Shown here: positions 19,171-28,899 of the stretch, one piece after another
Numbering within the stretch: position 1 is the stretch's first letter
Layout of the letters: each line of letters opens with the position of its first letter
Assembly: GCA_947165485.1 (NCBI GenBank)
Contig: CAMVAP010000012.1
Span: 2,227 to 66,226, forward strand
DNA length: 64,000 nt
From: an uncultured Prevotellaceae bacterium
GTDB taxonomy: Bacteria > Bacteroidota > Bacteroidia > Bacteroidales > Muribaculaceae
Direction: 5' to 3'
The notes under the pieces: generated by a model
The model's database searches: none
What the model was told of the DNA's origin: nothing
What the model saw: only the letters and a program-made list of their open reading frames with translations
Made by a program: the position numbers and the translations under genes

Positions 19171-19743
19171 TTAGAACTGTATTGTAGCGGTCAATCCATA
19201 GGCCCGGTCACCAAAGGTGGTCGGGCTTATTGCTACATCTACATCCTTGATAAACGGTCTCGTGAAGATAAATGCACTGCCGGCTCCTATCGCGGCTCCA
19301 CCCAGCACATCCCACCAGTCATGGCGCTTGGTGTGTACACGTCCCCAGGCCACAAAACTTGACACAACGTATGCGGGGACACCCCATTTCCAGCCGTAAC
19401 GTTTCATCAGGTAGGTCGAGCCGTTAAAGGCTACTGCCGTGTGGGTACTGGGAAAGGCATGGTGCCCGCTGCCGTCAGGACGGTCCTTGCGGATGCACAG
19501 TTCCAGCCCGTAATTCACGGCAAGGCAGGTCGCGGTGCTCAACCCCAGCTGTTTCAGGCCCTCGGTGTCATGCTTGGCCAGAGTGACTCCCAGTGCGGTA
19601 GCATCAGGCAACAGGCACAGCACATCGGTCGCACGACGCAACCCATCATCCCCAGCGTGAGCCATCAAGCAGCCCCCCAACATCATTGTAACGACCCAAT
19701 AAACAACAATCCTTCTCATAATCATTAAAATATCACCTAACAC
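19171..19743 (-). CDS. PAP2 family phosphatase
   Basis: KDRPDG, FPSTHTA and GRVHTKRHDWWD match the PAP2 motifs. Confidence 0.9.
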   Translation of the reverse strand: MLGDILMIMRRIVVYWVVTMMLGGCLMAHAGDDGLRRATDVLCLLPDATALGVTLAKHDTEGLKQLGLSTATCLAVNYGLELCIRKDRPDGSGHHAFPSTHTAVAFNGSTYLMKRYGWKWGVPAYVVSSFVAWGRVHTKRHDWWDVLGGAAIGAGSAFIFTRPFIKDVDVAISPTTFGDRAYGLTATIQF

Positions 19744-21585
19744 CTAATACAACCTCTGCAACAAGTCATTGCGGTGAATGCGTTTCAGCGCCTTGGTAAT
19801 GGCAGCGCGGTTCTTGCGGTCATACCAGAAGAAGAATAACCGTTGGGCCTGCTTTTCCTGCGGGGTCTTGGCGCAAAAGACATGTTTCATCGTGTAAGGA
19901 TGAAATCCCGTGTAGTAGGTCTCGGTCGAGACGGTCATGGGTGTGGGTGTGAAGTCCTGCACTTGTTCCAGCCTGAAGTCCAACTCCTTGGTGATGGCGG
20001 CAAGTTCGGCCATGTCAGCCTCGTGACAACCGGGGTGTGACGAGATGAAGTAAGGAATCAGTTGTTGTCGCAGGTGGTACTTCACATTCACGCGATCAAA
20101 CAGTGCCTTAAAGCGGCGGAACAGTTCAAATGACGGCTTGCGCATCAGCATCAACACGGTGTCGCTGGTGTGCTCGGGGGCGACCTTCAACCGGCCCGAC
20201 ACATGGTAGCGGATGAGCTCCTCGTTGTACTGGGCATTGACCTTGTCCACACGGGGGTCTCCCGTGCGGTGCATCGACAAGTCGTAGCGCACACCGCTGC
20301 CAATAAACGATTTCTTCACCTCGGGCAGGGCGTCCACAGCATGATAGATGTCAAGTAACTGGCTATGGTCAGTATTGAGGTTGCCACACGGCTGGGGATG
20401 CAGGCATGACGGGCGCTGGCAACGCTGGCATCGCTCCAGATCCTTGCCGTGCATCCCGTACATGTTGGCACTGGGGCCACCCAGGTCGCTGATGTAGCCC
20501 TTGAAATCCTCCATCTGCACCACCTGTTTCACTTCGCGCAGGATGGATTCCTTGCTGCGCGAGGCGATGAACTTGCCCTGATGGGCGCTGATGGTGCAAA
20601 AGGCGCAACCGCCAAAACAGCCGCGGTGCATGCACACCGAGTGGCGGATCATCTCGTAGGCGGGAATGCGCTTGCCCTGATAGCGAGGGTGGGGCAGGCG
20701 GGTATATGGCAGGTCAAACGAGGCATCTATCTGCTCGGTCGTCATCGGTGGGTTGGTGCGGTTCACCTTCACCGCGATATCGCCCGTGGCTTGCCACACG
20801 TTGTGCCCGTGCCACAGGTTGCTCTCCACCTCGATGACCTTGAAGTTCTCGGCATGGGCCTTCTTGGATTTCAGGCATTCCTCGTAGGGGTGCAACACCA
20901 CATCGCTTTCGGTGCTAGTGGCGGGCAATTCGCTCAATGGCCGTCGAACCACCGTTTGGGGTATATCGGTCAACTCCTCGATGCGCTTACCAGCGGCCAG
21001 GGCTTCGGCGATAGCGATATTGGGCAGTTCTCCCATGCCATACACCAGCAGGTCGGCATGGCAATCCATGAGGATGGAGGGACGCAGCTTGTCTTGCCAG
21101 TAGTCATAGTGGGCCAACCGCCTGAGTGACACCTCAATGCCGCCAGCCACAACGGGTACATCGGGGAATAGCCGCTTGAGGATGTCACAATACACAATGG
21201 TGGGGTAGTCGGGGCGCGCTCCCGCACGTCCATCGGGGGTATAGGCATCGTCACTGCGCTTGCGCCGTGCCGCGGTGTAGTGGTTCACCATCGAGTCCAT
21301 TGCGCCAGCCGATACGCCAAAGAACAGCCGTGGTCTCCCCAGCTTCTTGAAGTCACGCAGGTCGTCCCGCCAGTTGGGTTGGGGAACGATAGCCACCTTG
21401 TAACCATGGGATTCCAGCACACGGCCAATGACGGCAGTGCCCATCGACGGGTGGTCGATATAGGCATCGCCAGTAAAGAGGATCACATCGGCCTGTTCCC
21501 AGCCCAGGTGCTCCATCTCCTTCCTTGTCGTGGGCAACCACTGCCCCTTGATCCGGTGGTCACTATGTCCCTTATCCTGCCTCAT
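19744..21585 (-). CDS. YgiQ family radical SAM protein
   Basis: GDAYIDHPSMG, AGAMDSMVNHYT, HRGCFGGCAFC (CxxxCxxC) and QVQDFTPTPM. ATG at 21585 chosen. Confidence 0.95.
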   Translation of the reverse strand: MRQDKGHSDHRIKGQWLPTTRKEMEHLGWEQADVILFTGDAYIDHPSMGTAVIGRVLESHGYKVAIVPQPNWRDDLRDFKKLGRPRLFFGVSAGAMDSMVNHYTAARRKRSDDAYTPDGRAGARPDYPTIVYCDILKRLFPDVPVVAGGIEVSLRRLAHYDYWQDKLRPSILMDCHADLLVYGMGELPNIAIAEALAAGKRIEELTDIPQTVVRRPLSELPATSTESDVVLHPYEECLKSKKAHAENFKVIEVESNLWHGHNVWQATGDIAVKVNRTNPPMTTEQIDASFDLPYTRLPHPRYQGKRIPAYEMIRHSVCMHRGCFGGCAFCTISAHQGKFIASRSKESILREVKQVVQMEDFKGYISDLGGPSANMYGMHGKDLERCQRCQRPSCLHPQPCGNLNTDHSQLLDIYHAVDALPEVKKSFIGSGVRYDLSMHRTGDPRVDKVNAQYNEELIRYHVSGRLKVAPEHTSDTVLMLMRKPSFELFRRFKALFDRVNVKYHLRQQLIPYFISSHPGCHEADMAELAAITKELDFRLEQVQDFTPTPMTVSTETYYTGFHPYTMKHVFCAKTPQEKQAQRLFFFWYDRKNRAAITKALKRIHRNDLLQRLY

Positions 21586-21616
21586 AGTAGCATTTCCCTT
21601 CAATATCTCTAAAAAA

Positions 21617-21679
21617 GCCTAAACCCTAAACCCTAAAACCTAAAGCCTAAAACCTAAAACCTAAAACCTAACGCCTAAA
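21617..21679. repeat. Heptamer array, 9 x (G/C/A)CCTAA(A/C)
   Basis: Nine contiguous units; the uvrB TAG stop (21675-21677) lies in the last unit. Confidence 0.92.
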
Positions 21680-23753
21680 TCCTCTCCTTCACCATCTCCT
21701 CCAGTTTCAGGATCTCGTCGCGATACTGTGCGGCTTCGAGGAAGTCCATACGCTTGGCGGCTTCAATCATCTGGGTCTTGAGACGGTCGATGGCGGCCTG
21801 CATGTCCTTGCCACTCATGTAGGCGACTACAGGATCGGCAGCAACGCCAGCGCTGCTGTCAAACTCATCGGTATAGCGCATGTGGGTTGCCGGTGTGCCA
21901 GCCGATGGCATCGCACCTTGATTGTGGCGACTGGGTGTCGTCGGGTGACGCATGTCGGTGTCTTGGCCGATGATAGCCGTTCTTGCCTTGATGATGGCGG
22001 TGGGAGTGATACCATGCTCCTCGTTATACTTGAGTTGTAACGTGCGGCGGCGCTCGGTCTCGTCGATGGTTTGGCGCATCGAGTCGGTGATGTTGTCGGC
22101 ATACATGATGACCGTGCCGTTCAGGTTGCGGGCGGCACGGCCTGCCGTCTGCGTCAACGAGCGGCGGCTGCGCAGGAAACCTTCCTTGTTAGCATCCAGG
22201 ATGGCAACCAGCGACACCTCGGGCAAGTCAAGGCCCTCGCGCAGCAGGTTCACACCCACGAGCACATCAATAGCACCGGCACGCAGGTTATCGATGATCT
22301 CGATGCGTTCCATCGTCTCTACATCGCTGTGCATATAGGCGGTGCGGATGTCCAGCTTCTTGAGGTAGTCGCTCAACTCCTCGGCCATGCGCTTGGTCAG
22401 GGTGGTAACGAGGGTGCGCTCACCGCGCTCGATGCGCAGCTGTATCTCTTCAACCAGGTCATCGACCTGACCCTGGGAGGGACGTACAATAATTTGCGGG
22501 TCAAGCAGGCCCGTCGGGCGGATGAGCTGCTCGGTGATGATGCCTTCGCTCTTGTTCAGCTCGTAGTCGGCTGGCGTGGCGCTCACATAGATGGTCTGAT
22601 GGGTCAACTGCTCAAATTCCTCAAACCTCAACGGCCTGTTATCCAGCGCTGCCTCCAGGCGGAAGCCATAGTGCACCAGGTTGGTCTTGCGCGACTGGTC
22701 GCCGCCATACATGGCGCGTATCTGGGGCACGGTCACGTGGCTCTCGTCGATGATGGTCAGGAAGTCGTCGGGGAAATAGTCCAGCAGGCAGAAAGGCCTC
22801 ATGCCTGGCCTGCGGCCATCAAAGTAGCGGCTATAATTCTCAATGCCAGAACAGTAGCCCACCTCACGCATCATCTCCATGTCGTAGGTCACGCGCTCGT
22901 TCAGACGCTTGGCCTCGGCAAAGCGGTTCTCGCGGGCAAAGGCGGCCACCTGGTTCTCGCGGTCCAGGTCAATCTGTCCCATGGCGGCTTTCATGCGCTC
23001 CTTGGTGGTAACAAAGATGTTGGCCGGGAAAATCTTGAAGCCCTCGACGTCCTCGGTGGGCATCTGTGTCTCGCTGTCGAGCACCTGGATGCGTTCAATC
23101 TCGTTGCCCCAAAAGATGACCCGCAGCATGATGTCCTCATCGCTCAGGAACACGTCAACCGTGTCGCCCTTGACGCGGAAAGTGCCCATCCTCAGTTCGG
23201 TGTCGCTGCGGGAGTACAGGGCATCCACCAGGCGGCGCAACAGGTCGTCACGACCTATCTGGTCTCCCACTTTCAGCTCAATGGCATTGGCGGTGATATC
23301 CTCGGGGTTGCCCATACCATACAGGCACGACACGCTCGACACCACCACGATGTCGCGGCGACCGCTCAGCAGGGCCGTCACGGTCGAGAGCCTCAACCGC
23401 TCAATCTCGTCGTTGATGGCGAGGTCTTTCTCGATATACTTGTCGGTCGAGGGAATATAAGCCTCAGGCTGATAGTAGTCATAGTAGGACACAAAGTAAT
23501 GCACCGCGTTCTCGGGGAAAAAACTCTTGAACTCGGCATACAGCTGTGCCGCCAGCGTCTTGTTGTGCGACAAGACCAGGGTGGGGCGCCCAGTGCGGGC
23601 TATTACATTGGCCATCGTGAACGTCTTGCCCGATCCCGTCACGCCCAGCAGCGTCTGGTATGGCACACCGTCGTTCACGCCGCCAGCCAACTCGGCAATC
23701 GCCTGCGGCTGGTCCCCCGTCGGCTCATATTCACTATGCAGTCTATATTCCAT
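21675..23753 (-). CDS. uvrB: Excinuclease ABC subunit B
   Basis: PTGDQP, LGVTGSGKT, FVSYYDYYQPEAY, DESH, GVNLLREGLDLPEV, GRAARN and C-terminal UVR domain. ATG at 23753. Confidence 0.98.
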   Translation of the reverse strand: MEYRLHSEYEPTGDQPQAIAELAGGVNDGVPYQTLLGVTGSGKTFTMANVIARTGRPTLVLSHNKTLAAQLYAEFKSFFPENAVHYFVSYYDYYQPEAYIPSTDKYIEKDLAINDEIERLRLSTVTALLSGRRDIVVVSSVSCLYGMGNPEDITANAIELKVGDQIGRDDLLRRLVDALYSRSDTELRMGTFRVKGDTVDVFLSDEDIMLRVIFWGNEIERIQVLDSETQMPTEDVEGFKIFPANIFVTTKERMKAAMGQIDLDRENQVAAFARENRFAEAKRLNERVTYDMEMMREVGYCSGIENYSRYFDGRRPGMRPFCLLDYFPDDFLTIIDESHVTVPQIRAMYGGDQSRKTNLVHYGFRLEAALDNRPLRFEEFEQLTHQTIYVSATPADYELNKSEGIITEQLIRPTGLLDPQIIVRPSQGQVDDLVEEIQLRIERGERTLVTTLTKRMAEELSDYLKKLDIRTAYMHSDVETMERIEIIDNLRAGAIDVLVGVNLLREGLDLPEVSLVAILDANKEGFLRSRRSLTQTAGRAARNLNGTVIMYADNITDSMRQTIDETERRRTLQLKYNEEHGITPTAIIKARTAIIGQDTDMRHPTTPSRHNQGAMPSAGTPATHMRYTDEFDSSAGVAADPVVAYMSGKDMQAAIDRLKTQMIEAAKRMDFLEAAQYRDEILKLEEMVKERI

Positions 23754-24156
23754 ATCAACCTGCAAAGTTACGAATTAGTTTTTACTATTGCGAGCAATTG
23801 ACGGATGAAACAGGGCCACCTCACCAAAATTAACAAAAATTGATGTGGAACACCCCGAGGGTGGTGTGTCATAATTCACCCACTTGTTTTTTAATCGGCC
23901 TGAGGGCCGAGAAATTAAACAAAATTTGTATAAAAATTAAACAAAATAAATTTTTATAATAATTTTATTTATAATTTTGTTTGATTTGGCGTCGTTGAGC
24001 TGATGGTTTTCAAGCGAAGCTTGATCAAAGGTTTCAGATGTAATTATGACACAACCCCTTTGGGCGTCAAATAATCATTTTGACTGCTAATGAGTAAATG
24101 TTAACTTTGGTGCGGTTGCCCCGTCTCTACGATTTGGAATAGTTTCCTGATGGGGA

Positions 24157-25725
24157 TTAATTCCAGCTTCCGGTCAGCAGGTAGTCGATCAATGCTGTTG
24201 CATCGCTGATGTCGATGCTGCCATTGAGGTCGCAGTCGGCTGTAGATGATGCCTCGGCGCTGGTCAGCAGCATGTCGATCAGGCTTGTAATGTCGGCAAT
24301 ATCGACATGGCCGTCTTGATTGGCATCACCACGCAGGGCCTGAGCCTTCTGGTAGGCAAAGGTGGCAGTAGGCATGAAGGGGACAAGCTCTGTGTCAAAT
24401 CCGCTGTACCACATGCTGTTATATGCGGCACAAGGATACTCGGTCGGCGTGCCGTAGAAGTGGGTTTGGTTATAATTGGTTGTGCCGGCTTCGGTGACGA
24501 TGCAATCCACGAGCAAATTTCCGCCATTGTACTCAAAAGGCTCGTCAAAGTAGAATACAAACTCATCGCTGTTCAGCACAGGACTCGTGGTAGCAACGGG
24601 TGTCAAGTCGGTCATCAATTCAGCTGATGCAAAGGCTTCGTCATTCACCACCTTGAGCGAGAGCTGAATCACGCCCCCGTCCATTTGCACTTGATCCATC
24701 ACGTGGAAGTGCAGGCCAACGATCTGGCTTCCCACTAGGTCGCGCAACATGCGCTCGGGATAGATGATCTGGCCCTGGGTGCCCACGATGTCGATGTCGG
24801 CACCATAGATGGGAACATAGCTGGCATAGTCGGTACTGTCGCCAACCATCACGTCGGTGGCGGCCTCCAGTGCGGTGCCGTGCAGGATCACCTGGTGGAT
24901 GCCGGCTTCACCACAGTCCACGCTGAGCGTGCCAGTATAGTCGCCGGCTGCCGTCGGGGCAAAGGTCACAGGCACCTCAAGCGTACCGCCAGCGGGAATC
25001 ACCGCGTTGGGCGTATGGGCAATGAAGGGAGCATCGGCGCTAAATGTGGGGGAGAACGCTTCAAGGCCGGTATTGGAGACAACAACGGTCTGGACGTTCT
25101 CGCGGTTGGCGCGGATGGTCTTGAAATTCAACTCAAAGGGCAACACCTTGGCACTATAGTCATCAGACGTGCCGTAGTCAAATGTGGTCTTGGGCAAGAA
25201 CTTGTTGAGCTCGCCACGAGTAAAGGCGTTGTAATTCTCAGGTCGTTCACCCAGGTAGCCGACATAGCAGTAATCGGATGCTACCTCGTTGATGATGGTT
25301 TCAAACACGAGGTTGCCGCCCTTATAGTAGTAGGGGGTATCGAACACAATCTTGATCTCGCTGGTCCCTTCGACCATCGTGATCGTTGCCACTGGAGTCA
25401 TCTCCTCGACATACTTGAGGTCGGTGTAGGTTGACTTGTCGGTCTCGCCCAGCGACACCTGGATGCTGCCGCCGCTCACTGTGATGGGGCCATCGGCATA
25501 GAAGGTCATCGAGTTGATGACCTCGCCCGTCATCTGTGACAAGCTGCTGGCTGGATACATGACCTGTGTCCTGGTGCCCGCCTCGTCAAGATAGACATTG
25601 TTGATGGGGATGGTGTTGCTCAAATGCGTCTCGCCAAACACGGTGAACGTCACGTTGCCCAGTGCAGGCATGATGGTAGCTGCTGCGAGGAGCGCAGCCG
25701 ATAATGGTCTGAAAATTTTGGTCAT
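24157..25725 (-). CDS. Secreted protein with two related beta-rich domains, a central ASH/Ig-like domain and a C-terminal dockerin
   Basis: Signal peptide; TRTQVMYPAS vs TQGQIIYPER internal repeat; V.V.FAPTAAGDYTGTL Ig-like segment; GDANQDGHVDIAD / ADCDLNGSIDISD dockerin. Confidence 0.75.
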   Translation of the reverse strand: MTKIFRPLSAALLAAATIMPALGNVTFTVFGETHLSNTIPINNVYLDEAGTRTQVMYPASSLSQMTGEVINSMTFYADGPITVSGGSIQVSLGETDKSTYTDLKYVEEMTPVATITMVEGTSEIKIVFDTPYYYKGGNLVFETIINEVASDYCYVGYLGERPENYNAFTRGELNKFLPKTTFDYGTSDDYSAKVLPFELNFKTIRANRENVQTVVVSNTGLEAFSPTFSADAPFIAHTPNAVIPAGGTLEVPVTFAPTAAGDYTGTLSVDCGEAGIHQVILHGTALEAATDVMVGDSTDYASYVPIYGADIDIVGTQGQIIYPERMLRDLVGSQIVGLHFHVMDQVQMDGGVIQLSLKVVNDEAFASAELMTDLTPVATTSPVLNSDEFVFYFDEPFEYNGGNLLVDCIVTEAGTTNYNQTHFYGTPTEYPCAAYNSMWYSGFDTELVPFMPTATFAYQKAQALRGDANQDGHVDIADITSLIDMLLTSAEASSTADCDLNGSIDISDATALIDYLLTGSWN

Positions 25726-25937
25726 AGTCTATAGCTATAAGATGTTAGGTTAATTAATTAATGTGTCGGAGAAGTATGGGGTAGGTAGATGATTGACATC
25801 TGGTTTTCAAGTAACGCGCCATCCGCATCAATGGTCATCGATGCGGGTGGCGTGTTTGGGTAGGTGGGTGTTGCTGAACTCGCCCGCATGGGCGATTGAA
25901 TCACGTGTCGTTAGTTGGGCAACACTCACATGAGGGT

Positions 25938-27275
25938 TTAGAACTGGCGGGCAGCTGTGAGGGTTACCTCGCTCAGGGTGGGATGACCATGGATGCTGCT
26001 GGTGAGCAAATCGATGGTGGCTCCAGCGTTCATCGCGGTGACAACTTCCTGGATGAGGTCGGCTGCATGAGCGCCACAGATGTGGCAACCCACAATCTGG
26101 CGTGTCTCGTTATCGACAATCATCTTCAGCAGGCCGTCGGTCTCGTTCATGGCAACAGCCTTGCCGTTGCTGCGGAAGAAAGCCTTCTTTACCGTCACGT
26201 CCATGCCGCGCTCGGCGCACTGCTCCTCGGTGAGACCCACCATGGCCAACTCGGGCACGGTGAACACGGCGCTGGGAACAATGTCGAGCTTGATGTTGTC
26301 GGCCTTGCCCATGATGGCGTGCAGGGCGCGCTGGCCCTGTGCGCTGGCAGCGTGGGCGAGCATCATGCGACCGTTCACGTCGCCAATGGCATACACGCCC
26401 TTGACGTTGGTCATCATGTTGTCATCCACCTCGATGCCGCGACGGCCAACGGTAACGCCCACTGCGTCAAGACCTTGAGGCAGCACTGGCTGGCGGCCAA
26501 CCGACATGAGCACCTTCTCGGCACTCACGCTCTGGGCCTTGCCCTTGAGCTCGTAGGATACGGTATAGCCGTCCTCGCTCTGGCTGATGCCATTGACGGC
26601 GGCGCTGGTGATGATCTTGATGCCACGCTTGCTCAGGACGGTCTTCAGGCGCTTGGCCACGTCCTTGTCAAACGGGGGCAGAATCTCCTTGCAATACTCG
26701 ATGACGGTCACCTCGACACCAAATGTGCTGAACACGGCGGCAAACTCCATGCCGATGACACCGCCACCCACGATGCACAGGCTCTGGGGCAGCGTTTCCA
26801 TCGCCAGGATGTCGTCGCTGGTCATCGCCAGGTCGGCGCCCTCGATGGGCAAGCCACGCGGAGCCGAACCGGTAGCGATAATGATGTTCTTGGCACTGTA
26901 TTCCTCACCGTTGACAACGACGGTATTGGCGTCCTTGAGGATGGCTTCGCCCTTGATGGCAGTGATGCCGGGAGCACCCATCAGGGTCTCCACGCCCTCG
27001 CGCAACTGCTTGACAACAGCTTCCTTGCGTTCAAACACGGGTGCGTAGTCAAAGGCCATCTCTCCGGTCTTAACGCCCCACACCTCGGCCTCGCGCATCA
27101 GGTTGACAACCTCGGCATTGCGGCACATGGCCTTGGTGGGAATGCAACCGCGGTTCAGGCATGTGCCTCCCATCTGGTCCTTCTCGACGATGGCGACGGT
27201 CAAACCATGAGCAGCGGCATCGGCAGCGGTCTCATATCCGCCAGGACCGGCACCTATAATAATAATGTCAAACAT
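25938..27275 (-). CDS. lpdA: Dihydrolipoamide dehydrogenase (GCS L protein)
   Basis: IGAGPGG, GGTCLNRGCIP (redox CxxxxC), IVGGGVIG.E, AIGDV and HPTLSE. Confidence 0.97.
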   Translation of the reverse strand: MFDIIIIGAGPGGYETAADAAAHGLTVAIVEKDQMGGTCLNRGCIPTKAMCRNAEVVNLMREAEVWGVKTGEMAFDYAPVFERKEAVVKQLREGVETLMGAPGITAIKGEAILKDANTVVVNGEEYSAKNIIIATGSAPRGLPIEGADLAMTSDDILAMETLPQSLCIVGGGVIGMEFAAVFSTFGVEVTVIEYCKEILPPFDKDVAKRLKTVLSKRGIKIITSAAVNGISQSEDGYTVSYELKGKAQSVSAEKVLMSVGRQPVLPQGLDAVGVTVGRRGIEVDDNMMTNVKGVYAIGDVNGRMMLAHAASAQGQRALHAIMGKADNIKLDIVPSAVFTVPELAMVGLTEEQCAERGMDVTVKKAFFRSNGKAVAMNETDGLLKMIVDNETRQIVGCHICGAHAADLIQEVVTAMNAGATIDLLTSSIHGHPTLSEVTLTAARQF

Positions 27276-27320
27276 AATGATTCCTAATGAATGATGTCAA
27301 TATTAAAATTTTAACAAACT

Positions 27321-27392
27321 CTCACGCTAAGCCACAAAGCCGCTAAGGAATAATTAAAAATAAAACCTAGCGTCTTAGCGACTTAGCGTGAG
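27321..27392. repeat. Inverted repeat CTCACGCTAAG / CTTAGCGTGAG with nested GCTAAG copies
   Basis: Perfect 11-bp arms at 27321-27331 and 27382-27392, with an A/T-rich centre. Confidence 0.75.
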
Positions 27393-27411
27393 TTGTTTCG
27401 GCTGTCGGTGT

Positions 27412-28896
27412 TTACTGGTTGTCAGCAACGAGCTCGCGCCAGGTCACGATGGGATGCAATGCGGCCTGGGTGTCGTCCAGACGACGCACGGGCGTGTTGT
27501 GAGGAGCGGTCTTTACCATCTCGGGATCGTCCTTGGCCTCCTGGGCGATGACACGCATGATGCGGATGAACTCGTCCAGGGTCTGCTTGCTCTCGTTCTC
27601 GGTGGGCTCGATCATGAGGGCCTCGTGGAACAGCAAGGGGAAGTAGATCGTGGGAGCATGGAAACCATAGTCCAGCAGGCGCTTGGCCACGTCAAGCGTG
27701 GTGACACCAGTGGACTTGTCCTTCAGACCGTCAAAGACAAACTCGTGCTTGCACACGCCGCCGATGGGCAGCTCATACACGTCCTTCAACGATTCCTTGA
27801 TGTAGTTGGCGTTGAGCGTGGCCAGCGGGCCCACCCACTTGAGCTGATTGTGACCCAAGGTCAGGATGTAGGCCAGGGCGCGCATCATCACGCCGAAGTT
27901 GCCCAGGTGACCGCTGATGCTGCCAATGGACTTGTCGCTGCACTCGAGCTTGAAGTAGTCATAGTCCTCGGTCTCCACCTTCACGACACGGGGATTGGGA
28001 AGCAGGTGCTCCAGACCCTCGCGCACGCCCACGGGACCGCTGCCAGGACCACCGCCACCGTGAGGTGTCGAGAAGGTCTTGTGCAGGTTGATGTGCATGA
28101 TGTCAAAGCCGATGTCACCGGGACGCACCTTGCCCAGCATGGGGTTGAGGTTGGCGCCGTCATAGTACATCAAGCCGCCGCAATCGTGAACGGCCTTGGC
28201 AATCTCACCGATGTTGTGCTCAAAGATGCCCAGCGTGTTGGGGTTGGTCATCATCATGCCGGCGATGGTGTCGTCGAGCAGGGGACGCAGGTCATCCACA
28301 TCCACAGTGCCGTCGGGACGGCTCTTTACAACTACCACGTCGAGGCCGCACACTGCCGAGCTGGCAGGATTGGTGCCGTGAGCGCTGTCGGGGATGATGA
28401 CCTTGGTGCGCTTCATGTCACCACGTTCCATGTGGTAACCGCGCATGATCATCAGACCCGTCAACTCTCCGTGAGCGCCAGCAAAGGGGTTCAACGTGAA
28501 CTCCTTCAAGCCTGAAATCTCGGCCAGGCTGGTCTGCAAGAAGTAATAGACTGCGAGGGCGCCCTGGGTGGTCTCGGGGTTCTGCAGCGGGTGCAGACCC
28601 GTGAACTCGCGGTGGGCAGCGATTTCCTCGTTGATCTTGGGATTATACTTCATGGTGCAGGAACCCAGGGGATAGAAGCCTGTGTCAACACCAAAGTTGT
28701 TGTTGCTCATGTTGGTGTAGTGGCGCACTACGCTCAGCTCATCCACCTCGGGCAGCAGCGGTGCGTTTTCACGCATCAGCACCTGGGGCAGGTCGCTCAT
28801 CTTGTACTCCTTACACTGGTTCTCGGGCAGGGAATAACCCTGACGGCCATTCTGTGACAACTCAAATATGAGTTTACCGTAAAATGTGTTATTCAT
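27412..28896 (-). CDS. gcvPB: Glycine dehydrogenase (decarboxylating) subunit 2
   Basis: YPLGSCTMKYNPK, AHGTNPAS, YYDGANLN, HINLHKTFSTPHGGGGPG (PLP Lys) and EPTENE. Confidence 0.97.
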   Translation of the reverse strand: MNNTFYGKLIFELSQNGRQGYSLPENQCKEYKMSDLPQVLMRENAPLLPEVDELSVVRHYTNMSNNNFGVDTGFYPLGSCTMKYNPKINEEIAAHREFTGLHPLQNPETTQGALAVYYFLQTSLAEISGLKEFTLNPFAGAHGELTGLMIMRGYHMERGDMKRTKVIIPDSAHGTNPASSAVCGLDVVVVKSRPDGTVDVDDLRPLLDDTIAGMMMTNPNTLGIFEHNIGEIAKAVHDCGGLMYYDGANLNPMLGKVRPGDIGFDIMHINLHKTFSTPHGGGGPGSGPVGVREGLEHLLPNPRVVKVETEDYDYFKLECSDKSIGSISGHLGNFGVMMRALAYILTLGHNQLKWVGPLATLNANYIKESLKDVYELPIGGVCKHEFVFDGLKDKSTGVTTLDVAKRLLDYGFHAPTIYFPLLFHEALMIEPTENESKQTLDEFIRIMRVIAQEAKDDPEMVKTAPHNTPVRRLDDTQAALHPIVTWRELVADNQ

Positions 28897-28899
28897 AAT

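Noticed and set aside
21624-21637. CCCTAAA units identical to the plant telomere repeat (TTTAGGG)
   Set aside because: Only two exact units within a variable NCCTAAA array embedded in a bacterial operon; no sign of eukaryotic contamination or telomere function.
22071-23801. Long antisense ORFs (e.g. 22071..23801, 25896..27287, 27388..28515, 45826..47046, 56945..58066, 58406..59497)
   Set aside because: They lie opposite well-identified genes, have no motifs, and are expected from GC-rich codon bias suppressing antisense stops.
23754-23860. LexA/SOS box upstream of uvrB
   Set aside because: No match found to the GGA-N5-TCC motif I recall for Bacteroidetes; only a -7 promoter element (23763-23770) is evident.
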